DNA of 64,000 bases from Octopus vulgaris (Eukaryota), in NCBI GenBank assembly GCA_951406725.2, contig OX597822.1:19282001-19346000 (forward strand), written 5' to 3'. The notes beneath the pieces were generated by a model. It saw only the letters and a list, made by a program, of their open reading frames with translations, was not told the DNA's origin and searched no databases. The position numbers and the translations under genes are program-made. This document shows positions 14,201 to 27,934 of this stretch, in pieces; the stretch's first letter is position 1; the number at the start of each line of letters is the position of its first letter.

Positions 14201-15534
14201 ACAGATTGAGAAGATCTCTATACACATTCTGTAGTGCAGTATAACATTGAAGTAAAACTATATATATATATATATATATAACATTTCAGTCATTTTTCAT
14301 TATAGAAGTAGAACAGTTTTGTAAATTCACACATATAATGAGGAGGACTATATTGTAGTTTGTATTCTGTTATTGGTGGCTAAAACATTGAGAGAGTGTG
14401 AGAGAGAAACGATTCTAAATAACTACTATTAAATAGTACAGTGCACTGCTGTTAGTAGCAGCCACAAAGTAAGAAATAAATCAATGTTGTTGCATTAGGT
14501 CAAACTACTAAGTTTGACTGGTACTAAGAAAATGTACCCTCCCTCAAACAGTTTGGAAACACAGCTTATAGAAATTATTATCATAGAAAGGTTATGGCAA
14601 GACTGCACACCACAAGAACGCAAAGGAAAATAAGAGAGAGAGAGAGAGAGAGAGAGGGAGAGGAGAGAAAACAGAACATAAGTACAGTTCGTTTATTCTT
14701 TTGTTGATTTCAGTTACTGGACTGCAGCCATGCTTGGACACACTGCCTTCAAGGAATTTTTTCGTCATTTTTAAGGACCCCCAGTATTTTGCTGGGTATG
14801 TATTTTAGCAATCTTTGTCAAATGGCTAATTTCAGTACAAACTAAACTTCTTAACTACATGACTATGCCTCTGTCCAAGTAATATTCAAATGAATTTGCT
14901 GAGAGAACCTATTTTAGATATTAGAAATTGTCAAAAGTACAGCTGAATTTGTTAAAATACATTGAACTTGTTCATACTGGGTTAAGCCACATACACACGC
15001 ACACAGTGTGCAGATGCCTTTTCTAAATTTCATTATCATCAAAATTATATGAAATATAAAAAAGAAATAAATAAGCAGTTGCACAAACCATCCTTGAGAT
15101 TTTAATTTGAACAGAAGAGAATTTAATATATCTTTTAAAAAATCCACCTCAATAATTTGCATTCAACACTGATGAGAATCAGGAAGACATAGGAAATTGA
15201 GAAAAATAATGTTTGTATGAGAGAAGCAAAAATTGTAAAGCAATGAGAACATTTGCAGAAGTGCAAAGAGAGGACAACTAAGACTACGTCCTGATAAATG
15301 TTAGCCTGTCACAAAATTGCTTCAGCTGCTAGGAATGACTCATGGACAAAAATGGAAGCACTCTACATTAGATAGCAACATAAACCAAAGTAACTGTAAT
15401 ATAAAGCTCTAGTCACAGAGATAACTAGCGTATCAGGGAAGGCCAGTTAATGAGTGCATGTTACACCTACAGACAGACAAAAATATTGTACATATACACA
15501 TTAAACAAATATAAACACACATAACAGAAGCATA

Positions 15535-15840
15535 TGTGCGTGTGTAGACACACACACTCAGAGAAACACACACTCACACTCACAGAGAAGCATACACACA
15601 CACACACACACACACACAGAGAGAAAAACACACACACACACACAGAGAAACACACACACACACACACAGAAACACACGCACACACAGAAACACACACACA
15701 CAAACACTCACACTCACAGAAACACACGCACGCACTCGCAAAGAAGCACACACACAGAAACAAACACTCATACACACACTCCCAGAGAAACACACACGCA
15801 GAGAAACACACGTGCTCACATAGAAACACGCTTACACAGA

Positions 15841-15873
<33 letters not shown>
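15535..15873. repeat. Compound (CA)n / CAGAGAAA microsatellite
   Basis: Seen directly; accounts for the HTHT and CVCV ORFs. Confidence 0.95.
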
Positions 15874-15877
<4 letters not shown>

Positions 15878-15884
15878 ACACACT

Positions 15885-16225
15885 GTGGACATGCTGGGGA
15901 ACTGCCTGAAGGGGTTTAGTCAAATTGACAAAGCATATATTTTAAGTCTGGTACTTATTCTATAGAACTCTTAAGAACCAAAACAACTAAATTACATGGA
16001 TATAAACAAACGAACACTAGCTGTCGAGCAGTGGTGGGAAGCACATACATGAACACATACATATAACAGGATTTCACACAGTTTCTATCTACCAAATATA
16101 CTCATGAAGTATTAGTCAGCCCTAGGCTGTAGAAGACACTTGCCCAAGGTGCTACACACTAGGACTGAATCCAAAATCATTCAGGTGCAAAGCAAGCTTC
16201 TTAACCACACAACATGCCTGCACCT
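15885..16225 (-). mobile_element. tRNA-derived SINE, old copy
   Basis: gaagacacttgcccaaggtg and cttaaccacac motifs as in 47115-47533. Confidence 0.7.
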
Positions 16226-16989
16226 GTATGCAAAAGCTCATTACATACACGCACACAGTTGCACACAACTCGAAATATGTAAATTAAGGAGAGTCATGCT
16301 ATGTACTACTGAAAGATAACCTCAGTTTTCTAGATAACAAGAACCAAGCCCATTTTCTCACAAGTTGTAAATAGCTGGATAAAATGACCTATAAAGACTG
16401 AAGCGGGTCAGTTATTAAAGCACATCAATAACAGCCTTCTAGTATTGAAAAAAAATGTCAACAGACCATGTGAAATGTGCCACAGTCTGTGATGTTTGGC
16501 TTTCTTATACTTATTGGACCAGTCTTTCAAGTGTGGCTTTTCCAGCGATAGATAAGACCTCTCTCTTTGCAGCAAATTTGCTGAAAGCAACACTTAATAT
16601 ACTTCCAATGATGTGTTATGCACTCTTGGCTCTCTGCTTTTATAATATAGCAATGAAGCATTCCTGTACAAAGATAACCACCCTCTTTTCCAGAACTCTT
16701 GAGATTTCCTGTCTTTTCCAGTGTTTTGAAAGTAGCACTAACTTCCAGCAAAAGTTAGTATCTCAGCAAGGTGCCAAAATAACAAAATTTCTACATGACT
16801 ATTCAATCCATTAGTTAGGAGCTGGTTGATATATTCCCAAGTCTTCCTGGAAGAAACCTTCCACTGAAGAAACCCCTCGAGGCAGTGCTCCAGAAGAACC
16901 ACAGTCCAATAACTGAAGCAAAAAGAAAAAGCTTCTGCATACAGGTGCAGGCATGTTGTGTGGTTAAGAAACTTGCTTTGCACCTGAAT

Positions 16990-17410
16990 GATTTCAGGAG
17001 TGATACTTTCACACAGCTCTCCTCATCTGTATGCAGCATATGACCATACCAGCGCAGTCATCTTTCTTGCACACCACATCTGATACTTCTTGTGTCCAAC
17101 TTTTCTCTCAGGGTGCTTACACTGTCGTGTATGCACACTAACATTACACATCCAGCAGAGCATACTAGCTTCATTTCTTGCAAGTTTATGCATGTTTTCA
17201 GCAGTCATGGCCTATGTTTCACTGTCATGTAGCATGGCTGTTCGCACACATGCATCATACAGTCTGCCTTTTACTCTGAGCGAGAAGCCCTTTGTTACCA
17301 GCAGAGGTATGAGCTCTCTGCCCAGGATATTCTTATTCTAGCAGCTACACTCTCAGATCATCCACCCCCGCAACTGACTTGGTCACCTAGGTAACAGAAG
17401 CTATCAACAT
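16990..17410 (-). mobile_element. RTE LINE ORF 3' fragment
   Basis: MTAENMHKLARNEASMLCWMCNVSVHTRQ matches 60354-60566. Confidence 0.85.
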
Positions 17411-17841
17411 GCTCATTGAAGTTGCCAGCCACAAAGAGAGTCCCTGTCATTTGTCGATGAGGTAGTCTGCAAGAGGGTGTCATAAAATCAGTCTTTCTGT
17501 TCATCAAGTAGCCCCGGTTGAGGAACATAGGCTGAGATAATAGTTGCTAACCCATGTTGCAGCACTAATCTTAAGTATTTTATCACAGACTGACTACCTC
17601 AATTACCTTAACCCATTTCTCCACAAGAGGTATACCCACGCCCCATCAGTGTTCCCTGCCCAGAAAATCTTATACCTATGTTCTTTGCCTGTGAGGAACC
17701 TAGCAGAATTTCCTATCTGCCTTACTTCTTGATTCAGCATAAATCTACGTTTCCATTCAAGCATCTCAACAATCTCACCAGACCTATATTATATCTATAT
17801 ATATGTATCAAATGAAATAAAAAACAGAACACAAAGGATGT

Positions 17842-17935
17842 TGCGGTACACATGTTTCGAGTTTTATAAAACAACTTATTCTTACATCAATGTATAATCA
17901 ACATAACAGACAGTTTAAAGCCCTCTTCAGCCGCA
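17842..17935 (-). ncRNA. Type I hammerhead ribozyme motif with intact core
   Basis: Minus strand reads UGCGG-CUGAAGA-GGG..(long stem II)..CUC-GAAA-CAUGUG-UA-CCGCA. Stem I is 5 bp; minimal stem III contains the palindrome ACAUGU. Confidence 0.7.
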
Positions 17936-18102
17936 TGCAATTGCTACACCAAAGACTTGCATCACATTATGAGAGGTTTGAGAAAGAACATTTGGTATTA
18001 TTTATAATGGTAGGAAAACTGAGTATCACTGAGAAAATATGTTTGTAAATCTTCATAATCAAATAGGTGTACAGGGTATTATTGGACTCCAAAAATCCGT
18101 CC

Positions 18103-18150
<48 letters not shown>

Positions 18151-18238
18151 TTGAAAACTAAATTATGACAATCACCTGTAATGAAAATCAAATGTTTCAA
18201 CACACAAAACAAGAGTAATGATGAATTCTATTTATCTC

Positions 18239-19324
18239 TTAACCCTTTCGATACCAAACCGCCCGAAAAAAATTTTGGTTAATGTCACCAAACCGCCCAA
18301 AGCCGCCCGAATTTACCTATTCATATTTAAATGAGAATATCAGAGCAAATCTCTTTAGTACATTCGTGAAAACATGTATTATACTTCATAAACAGTTCAA
18401 CTACAGTTTTGTACAAAAATCGAAGTGTAATTTTAATTCCGTGAATTTTGGGAGATTTTTTTCTGAAATTTGTTCCTATTGTGTTTTCAAAATTTGTAAT
18501 TCTGACAAAAAATGGATACGAATTTCATTATATCAAGCAGCGAGTCAGAATTCGAAGGATTTTCTAGTGAAGACCTTCATAAATCTAACTCTATGACTGA
18601 AAAAAAAAAAGCACGTGGTATTTGATAATGAATCTGATGTTTCATTTTCCAAAAGTGAAAACAGTGAATCCGAGAGCTCCGACAGTGATAAAGAAAATGA
18701 ATTGGCACCTGAATGGAGTGAAAATTTAAAAACTGTTTCTTTCGGTGATTTTTCTGAAGGAACTGGACCAAGCCACAGACTTTCCCAGAAGAGTAAAGCC
18801 TTAGACTATTTCTTTTTACTTTTTCGAATGAGCCTATTTGAAATCATTACGGCGGAAACGAACCGTTACGCTAAATATAAACAAAACGAAAGAAAGGATA
18901 CTTTGTGGTTTCCCACAACCTTAAATGAAATTAAGGCTTATTTTGCCATAAATATTATTATGGGTATCAGAAAGTTACCCAGAATAACAAATTCTATAGT
19001 AAAATTTTGTTGTATACCCAATTGAATATTAGCTAATAACCCATTTTCTATAGCGATGTTTGAACAAAATTTTAATAATTTTATATTTTGTTGAATTTAC
19101 CTGTATCTACCTGCAATTAGAGTCACTTTGTGACAAAAATTATAGTATAGAATTGGTTGAGAACATTTCATTAAATTATCTTCCAAAATTCACGTTAATA
19201 TATTGATAAATAAAAAAGTTATAGTTGTTTAATGAAACCAGACTAAATTTATGATTATGTTAGAAATTGATTGAAACACATAAGGGGTGTATTTTGGTCA
19301 GAAATATAGTAACGAAAGGGTTAA
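18239..19324 (+). mobile_element. Internally deleted piggyBac element with both TIRs and TTAA TSDs
   Basis: TTAA|CCCTTTCGATAC ... GTAACGAAAGGG|TTAA; subterminal ccaaaccgccc repeats; 1078 bp between the TSDs. Confidence 0.92.
18615..19025 (+). pseudogene. Truncated piggyBac transposase, N-terminal part (PGBD4-like)
   Basis: Acidic Ser-rich N-terminus, then LDYFFLLF...EIITAETNRYA...WFPTTLNEIKAYFAINIIMGIRKLP. The DDD catalytic domain is absent. Confidence 0.85.
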
Positions 19325-20079
19325 CTAGGTTAAAGGCTGGCCTATTCAAAAGAAATTTATATATTTCATTGACAACTTCCAATACAATATTTCAAGAAGA
19401 TGAATCATCATTAATTAATTATATTTGAATTTGAAAGTGATGCTTCAGATTTCATAAAAGTAAAACCAAGAAAAGCTTTCTCATTTACACAAATATTAAG
19501 ATTTACACAAGATATCAATCAGTGCTGCTTGATATATAAGAATCTTATTACATAATCCAGGTTAATACCTCTGTTGAGATTATAGCTAATTAGTTAAGCT
19601 TTATCTTCAAACACTATAAGGTCAAGTGCAAAGTCACTCATTACACAAAAATTAATCATGTTCTAATACTGCACTATCACCAGCAATAATTATAAAAGAA
19701 AAACCACAGCAAGCATCTTACTTTGATATTCTTTATAGCTCCAGAGCCACTAACTGGCTGAATTCATCATCATCTTTGTCCTCTCTTCCATCCTTGCACA
19801 AGTCAAACAATTTACAGATGCAGATTATCTACAACTACATATGTTTCCAAGTAAGATAATATTTCTCCATTGCCAAATACATTTTACATGGAAGGTTGGA
19901 AACGAACATCATTTGTATGATGACGATGTTCGTTTACAATTATCATGTAAAGTCAAGACAAGGGTACACACAAACATACATACATGTGACTATAATTTAA
20001 TAGATAGAAACTGTATGGGAGCCTGTTTGCATATATGTGTGTACGTATGGATTTACCAGTGCCAATTGGTATAAATACC

Positions 20080-20800
20080 TTGACCAATTTATGTCCATAA
20101 AACAACACATCTGGCCTAACTTGATAAAATGAGAAAATATACAGGAAGCACTCCAGCAGAGTTGTTATCACCTTTTGAGATCTACTGTTCTTGGTCAAAA
20201 TGGATCCTAGGTACTTGATGTCCACTTCCTCAGGTCTCTCTCCATTTAGCATGATGTTGGTTGTTACTATTAACCAGGATCATGCTCTTTTTCTAGGCTG
20301 ATTGCCATTCCATATGCTCCTGATACTTTTTCCAGTTTGGGGAGGAGCTCGTGTAGTTCTGCTTCACTGCTTTCTAGTAGGTCAATATTATGAAGCTGAA
20401 CAACATGTGAAAAAGCCATTATGTTAGCTTTCAAAGACTCAGAGTATACAAGACCCTGGTGACTTCAATCTTTCTGTATGGGTGCAAGAACTGGACTCTT
20501 ACAGCAGACATTGAGCAAAGAATCCAGGTATTTGAAATGAGTGCTTCAGAAGGCGATTACACATCCCATACACAGAGCACAAAATGAACAGCTTTGTCAG
20601 GCAGTATGTCAACAAATACGATGGTAGGCAAGAATCTTGCGCAGGTAAAAAGTTTGCCTGGGATGGTTACATACACCATCACAACTCCCTGCCCAAAACC
20701 ATTCTTCAGGACAATTGAGTGAGAGCAAAAGAGAGACAGACAAAGAAAAGCCTGGCTTGGTACTATCAAGGACTGGACAGTAACAACACAGCGAACATGC
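20080..20800. mobile_element. Fragments of an older RTE-like LINE in both orientations
   Basis: MLNGERPEEVDIKYLGSILTK on minus (19953-20252 ORF); on plus, GARTGLLQ/IQVFEMSASEG and PCPKPFFR-type C-terminal remnants. Confidence 0.5.
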
Positions 20801-20989
20801 TACACATGACAGAACAGAGGTAATGATTATGAAAGCATCAAGAATGGCAACCCAACCAGTGGCCTGGGGACAAAATTTGCTTAGGAGGTGAAAACCCAGG
20901 TCTAAATTTTATTTTTTTTTTTTTTTTTACAAAAAAATGAATTTTTTTCAATGTTAACATAAAAACAAATGTAGGTATAATAATTTTTA

Positions 20990-21450
20990 TGAGGGTTGGC
21001 TGAAATGTTCATAACCTGAGCAAGATACTCACATGGAATGTGACCAAATGAAGCTCATTTTTTAACATGGTTCCTCTTAATGTCCACACACTATTATCAG
21101 TAGTTGCAGTGCTTGGATCGCAGAGGTGAAGAAGCTATCCCATTGGTCAAAATAGTCATTAACAGCAGATAAGATGTCATCATAATAATAAAATATTTCT
21201 GCTGAGCCAAGTGTCTTTTCATATTGGGAAACAGATGTTAATCAGATGGAACCAAATCAGTAACATAGGGAGGGTGATCAACCAGTTCAAAGCCAGTCAT
21301 GCACAACAACCATTGAAACCATGCTAATGAAACAAGACCCCATTCATCAGTTTTTCTGAGCACTTGGTCTTGATAGCCTTTCGTAACTGCCTTATCAAGT
21401 TGGCATTGAATTTTCCAATGATAGTGTGTTCATTTTGAAAATAATGCAAA
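20990..21450 (-). mobile_element. mariner (DD34D) 3' fragment with TIR
   Basis: Minus translation DHPPYVTDLVPSD*HLFPNMKRHL matches HPPYSPDLAPSDYHLF; terminus TA|TGAGGGTTGGCTGAAATGTTC. Confidence 0.75.
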
Positions 21451-22278
21451 AAATATTGTTTATTGACTAGCATATAGTATATATAATAATGTGAAGTATA
21501 TTTTGTGTTTTAAAATGTTTAATTTTAGAAATATATCAAGCGAAGTAAAGATAAGCAGTAAAAATACAAATTGCAAGTATGTCAAAATGTGGGACACTAC
21601 ATGATGAAAACTAACAAAAAAAGAAAATAGTGGTGCTTGTGTCCAAAGGTACGATGAGAAGGATCAGGGGAAGGATAGAAGGATGGGATTGAAGGAAAGA
21701 TAGCAGGAAAGAAAAGAAAAGTGAAAAAATAAACTGAGGGTCTGAAGTGAATGCTAGGCAGGAGATAAAACAAAATGTCTTACATATACACAGGTCAAGT
21801 AGAAAAAAGGTGAGTGATAAAAAAATTGGATGGTCTTTTGGTACCAAAAAGTAAGGGAAGAGCAAGTACAAAGAAAGAACGAGTGCAGAGAAAAAAAGGG
21901 AATAAAGATAGACAGTAGGTAGTTGACAGAGATAGAAGAAATGGAATGTAGTAAAAAGAGAAAGGCAGCAGATAAGTAGGAAGGCAGATAGAAATAGATG
22001 AGTAAGGTTTTGTGCACAAGAATTTTAAAAAATGGATAGAAAAGAGAAAAATGTCGCACCAAATATTGAACACTGTGGAGTACCACCAGTGAGTGGGAGC
22101 ATAAGTGGGATGTGTGACATTACATTCATTAATAACCATAAAATGTTGTACAGAAAGTTGACAAACACACAGAACACCTAGCATTGTAGGTGTTCTAAAA
22201 CACACTATCATATTTAATGACAATTATAGTTTTCCTTTTTGGTAATACATTGCTAAATTGCTGCCTGATTTAATTATA

Positions 22279-22660
22279 TTCTTTCACTCTTACTCTTTTA
22301 TTTGCTTCAGCCAACTGGTTGTGGCCATGCTGGAGCACCGCCTTGAGGGGTTTTAGTCGAAGAAATCGATCCCAGGACTTATTCTTTGTAAACTTATTTA
22401 TCCTATTGGTCTCTTGCCAAACTGCTAGGTTAAGGGTACCTAAATACAGCAGCATCAGTCAAGCGATGATGGGGAGATGAAGACAGACACACACAAATAT
22501 ATACATATGTATATAAGACCAGCTTCTTTCAGTTTCCATCCATTAAATCCACTCACTAGACATTGGTCACCACAAGGCTATAGCAGAAGACACTTGCTGA
22601 AGGTGCCACGCAGTCGGACTAAGACCGTAACCATGTGGTTGGGAAAAAAGCTACTTACCA
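22279..22660 (-). mobile_element. tRNA-derived SINE
   Basis: Nearly full-length match to 47115-47533. Confidence 0.85.
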
Positions 22661-23356
22661 CACACACACACATATATGTATGCAGGACCTCGTTTGGCCC
22701 TACCTGAGATCTGAAACCACATTCACTGGCTTCAAGCAAGCAAGAAATCCTTTGTGTTTGCATCTACACACCAAATGATTAATTGGAAACACTTGACCCC
22801 CAAGGACCTTTACTGGTCATGGAAAGGTCAGTACTTTGTTTAGGATTTGACCTGCTTTCCTGGCCACAGGTATATACCAGAGACTATTTCCCTTCTTGTC
22901 CTCTTTTGTGTCAGCCATGACCAGGAGCACCACTTCTCTTCATCCTTCAGTCACCATACAAAGAGAAGCTTTCGGCCAAAATCAAGAATGGACGATGCCA
23001 CCTTTATCTTTTCTTCCTCTATTGTCAGCACAGTGCAATCTCTACCTGCAGAATGCAGCTTCCACGCCATCGACTACCAACTAGCAAGTGAACTTTTGTC
23101 ATCATCAACTACAATTACTACTGTTACTAACTACTAACCACTTGCCAAGCAAATAAAAGATGTGAATAATATTCCTTCCTTTTCAATGTCCTTCTTCGAA
23201 GTTCTTCACTGGTATCTCCGTTGCAAGAACCCCACATCAACAAGTGATTCTATATGTCGCATTTTGAACGCTTCATATATATATTTAAATTTATATATTT
23301 CATGAACTGGCCATGATGCATACGTGCATATGTTTTTATGTTTCTCTTCTGTGTGT

Positions 23357-23415
23357 ATTCTACTGACGAGGCAAAGCATTACTAAATGCAAAGTCAGAAA
23401 TCCGGGACCTAGAAT
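23357..23415 (+). ncRNA. Degenerate type I hammerhead motif after a probable Penelope 3' remnant
   Basis: AUUCUA-CUGACGA-GGC..GCAUU acua AAUGC..GUC-a-GAAA-UCCGGGACC-UAGAAU. Stem I is 6 bp; the stem III and cleavage triplet are mutated. Confidence 0.5.
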
Positions 23416-23563
23416 TATCCAGTAATTTTTTACTAGTTTCATCTTGTCTCTTTGTTTTCTCTCCGTGTTGATATATGGACAATTAAGGTGGGTTTTAGAG
23501 TCAGTTCATAGCTGCTATCTTCAGCATGGTGGTATCACGTAGATACCCCAATTTATAATTTTA

Positions 23564-23601
<38 letters not shown>

Positions 23602-24974
23602 TGTGTACACATACACAGTGAAACAGACAAACTGACTAAAAAAATTGGTGGGGTAGGGTGGCAGTGGCTACAGTGGCAGTAATATAAGATGTGTGTTTAG
23701 GCATTGGCTCATGTTGTATGAACTGTGTTTTGTCTCAGGTAAATAAGTGAAATTGCAGTTACTGCATATGCATAGTCTCTTGCATTGAGAAAACTGGTAT
23801 ATTTTGGGGTAGCATGCATTTATAGATTTTACTTAATTTACAGTTAGCTGATTTATCAAGGAGTTGTGAAGTATACATTGAAATTCAGGTGGACTGAGGT
23901 GGGAAGAAAGGCGTGATGGTAGTAGTGGTTATGGTTGTAGCAGTAGAATATTATGGCAATTATGATGGGTCAGTTGCAGTATTCAGAGAAAATGAAGAAT
24001 GGACAGTGAAGGCCTTTTCTTTGTGCTAGTTTTGAAGAGTGGTCGTACTGCTGGTCATGCAGTTGTTGCTGCTGCTGCTATATACTTTTAATTTTGATGT
24101 TGACGATGCTTGTATATCTTTCTAGAGAATTCCTTTGGCAATTTTATGATCAGCTTCATCTGTTAACATTTTGGACTTTTTTTAAATTTATTTATTATGT
24201 CCTTTGTTTTTGTTTTGTGAAGAAACCTAAAGTCAAGCAACATTTTACAGATCAATTTTTAGACACGTTTCTAAACCTGGCTAAGTATGTAGGGGGTGGA
24301 AATTTAGATTTTACACCCACTAAACCTTTTAGGTGTTGCAAGTGCACCACCTGCATCCCCTGTTCCTGCGCCCTTGACCACAGTGACTGTCTACATTGAT
24401 TAAGGGATCTTGATGATGAGGATTCCAGCAGAGCTACTAATTGAAACTAGTAAAAGAGTAATTCTAGACTCATTGAAAAATAGTCATGATAGCATGACTA
24501 TTTTTGTTGGAGCAACTGTTACAGTCAGATGCTTTTCCTTTTAATAACTTTTGTCGAAAAGGAATGGAACTTTTTTTTTTTTCATTTAAGCAGGAGAATA
24601 GAGAAAACAGTTAAAGCCTTCCTCCAAAACACAGTTTATATATTTAACTACAGGTTCATAAGTCCTGCACTTTAACTTCTGATTAATGAATGGCAAAATG
24701 GATAACTTATGAAATTATGGAAAAGAAAAACATGCACAATATATACACACATACACACAACTGATAAGTCTTAAAGTTAACTTATTCTTTAGTAAAATTC
24801 CTTTGCTTTTAAAATACAAAATAGAAATGTGGTTTAGCTAACAAAAATATGCTACATACAGGGATAACTGAGTGGGTTAAGATGATTGCTTTGCAACCAC
24901 ATGGTGTCTTCAACTACAACCCTGAGTTGACCATTACTTTCTAAATTGAAACTATGCAGAATGTATATGGTGTG

Positions 24975-25215
24975 CGCATATAAACACCCACACACACACG
25001 TATACACACACGCATCCACGCACACATCCAAGCACATGCACATCCACATGCATGTGCATTCACATGCGCACACAACCACACACGTGCACACACCCACAAA
25101 AGCATGCATATCCACGTATGCACACAGATCCATATGCACATCCCAGCACATGTGCACATCCACACACGTGTGCATTCACATGCAAACGTGTGCATGCATC
25201 CAAACGCGCACACAC
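24975..25215. repeat. Degenerate CA/CATG-rich simple repeat
   Basis: Seen directly. Confidence 0.85.
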
Positions 25216-27720
25216 ACTATTCATATATGCTTTCTTAGCACTTGTATGCATGTGTAATCTGTTCATAGTTTGTTGATCAAATTTCATCTGAAGAAACTCC
25301 CAGTCACTTAATCTGTTCATTGTTGATCAGATTTCAAGCTCATTGAGCACGCTTAATTTTCTTAAAAAAAAAAAAAAACATCCATTATTCGGTTTGTATA
25401 TGAGTACTTAACAGGATTAGAAAAAAGAGTAACTGATATGATTTTTTATCATTAAGTAACACTTCCAGACATATGCTGAGTGTTATTTGATATAAAGAAA
25501 TCATAATAGAAATTAACATTCTTGAATGTTTACATGGTTTAATAAACAGTAATAACTGCCAAACTAACTATTAATACTTTCATGTATAAAACAAGTGTTA
25601 TGTGATCAGACAACAGCTTCCTGTATCAAGTCATGTTTATTTCAATTACTATTATGCAGGCAAAGCGATATATTTGGAGACAATATATCAATAGAGCTAG
25701 TTGCTAGGCAGCAAGCCAACCACACCACACACACTAAAAATATTTTGTTTCACATTAAGAACTTGCATATAGTTCAAGATAGTTAGTACTTCAAAGACTG
25801 CAGGTACTTTTGGTACAAAAATTACTATTTATCATAAAAGCAGTAAGTCTAACCTTGCACACTACTTAATTATAATATAACTGTTCACAGTGATAATTGA
25901 TGGTTCACTTTTGTGAACACCAACAGTGGTGATTTTATATTTCTTTTGCACCTAGCTATCAACATATCAGAAATATTATTGGAATTCCATATAGGAATTC
26001 CAACTAAGGTATAGAAATATTCCTATTGGCAAGATTCAGATTACAAAAATATTCTACATTGATTTTAAGTCTGAAGTGAAAAAAATATATAAAAAGTACT
26101 AAAAGTAATTTTTTTTAAAAATGAAGTTAGACACCAAAATATCTATAAGAATATAGCTGCTTTCCCTTCTTACAGCTTGTGTGTTCAGTAAAAACTTTTA
26201 TCTGATGATAGTAAACAATAGTATAGAGAACTATTAGTTGCTACCAATACCACCAGTTTTCATAAATGTTTCTCAACAGAAATTGGCACATCTGCCTCAA
26301 AAGTCTGTATTTCAGTTTGCAATAACACGATAGCTTTTATTTTGGTTTGCCGGATGGTAGCAGCACACAAATATCATTCACTTCAAAGTTGGGATCAAAC
26401 TTTACTCTTTCGTATATAAGCTAGGCCTTAAGGTTTTTATGCACATAACAGAAAAACATTTTAATCTACCATGCTCTTCAGCATGGAAACTTTTTGTATA
26501 AAAAAAAAAACATAGGTGACCATTGCTTGGCGATTTTGCTCAACAATTGGCATGAACACTCAGCTAGTTTGCCTGCCAGTTTTATCTGATAGGCACTTAT
26601 AGCCTGTGCCCACCAAGAATTGTCCAATCTTATGATGGGGCTTTGGTGACTATAAAAAAAAATTTTTTCCTACAATTACATTTCCAAAATCAGGGTGCAT
26701 CTTCCATGATACAGCATCAATCATGCCTTAAAATACAATAATAACAAACACTACAGTATAGCCTTAAATATATTTCTGATTGCTATGTGAATTCCAAGAA
26801 CTAATCTAAGTTGTATAATAATAATAAGATTTAAAATCAAATCAATAATTGAGAAAGCAGTTGGAAATTAAATTTGAAAATAGATTATGAAGCTGCCTTA
26901 CTGAAATGTCTGACAGCTGGTTCTAAATATCATCATCTGGAATTTTTCAAGCAGAACCATGTCAAATGAGATATGGTTGTAATATATGAAAATCTAAACA
27001 GTAAAGTTGTTTTAGACAAAAGAAACACTTCAACAGTGAGACTCACACATATAGTAGCAGAGAATGTTATAATGTCATTAACTACAGGGATGATGGCAAG
27101 ATTTCATCTAGTAGTTTTCACTCCTTAGAGAAAAAAAATTAGGAAGGTTCCTAATGAATTTTTCTTCTATAGTTTTAATGACTGAAAAAGCCAGCTTGAC
27201 ATGTATACACTTATCAAGTTTACTCACAATAACAAAACTACAAGCAAAAGATAACACTATCATTATTCAAGCATATTAATAGAATAATTAAAACATCGCT
27301 AGTGAAATGCCTGAAACAATTAATAAAAGCAGAGAAATAGAATATGTATGTTGCTAACTTCAGACATAACCTTGCATTTAACAAGCTAGATATGTTTTTG
27401 GGATTGTTTGTGTCAAATAAAGGATAGGCTTTCCTTCTTTATATAATCAGTTGAAGTTGGAATGTACTTAAAGCATAGAAATTTCCGATTATAAAGCTGG
27501 TCAGCTGATATAAGTTATCTTCAATAAAAATGTCACTCTTATGTTGTGACAGTTTATAAATTAGACTTATAGAAATTCATTAATTATTTCATCCAAAAAC
27601 AATTTACATTTTCTGATTTCAACATCAGTTGATGATATGTACTCTTCTTGCAAAACCAGAATTAAAATCTCCGACACATAAGAAAATGCAACTATATCAG
27701 TAGATAATACAGAAAATGTT

Positions 27721-27934
27721 TTAACCCTTTTGTTACCAAATTTCTGTTGAAATACACTGCCTTTATTTAAGTTTGAAAATCATGAAGACTTTTGTAAAAT
27801 AACAGACCTTATCATGCTGATACTTGAAACATAAATTAACATAAAATTTTATTAGGTTTTATAATTTAGATCACTTAAAAGTTTGTATCACAGAACCAGG
27901 AGTGGTTTTAGGTGGATTGGAATCAAAAAGGTTA
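27721..27934 (-). mobile_element. piggyBac-derived MITE
   Basis: TTAA|CCCTTTTGTTAC start and ggaatcaaaaagg-ttac end. Confidence 0.75.

Noticed and set aside
15169-15200. CTGATGA...GAAA hammerhead-like words (also CTGAAGA at ~33330)
   Set aside because: The first lacks supporting stems; the second lacks the GAAA box and a clean stem I.
15467-15892. Cys/Val- and His/Thr-rich ORFs (also 24852-25320, 42765-42983, 49716-50740)
   Set aside because: They are translations of microsatellites.
26893-26985. Possible minus-strand exon (ag...ca|gtaagg) with one open frame
   Set aside because: The peptide is unrecognisable, and such signals are expected by chance in AT-rich DNA.
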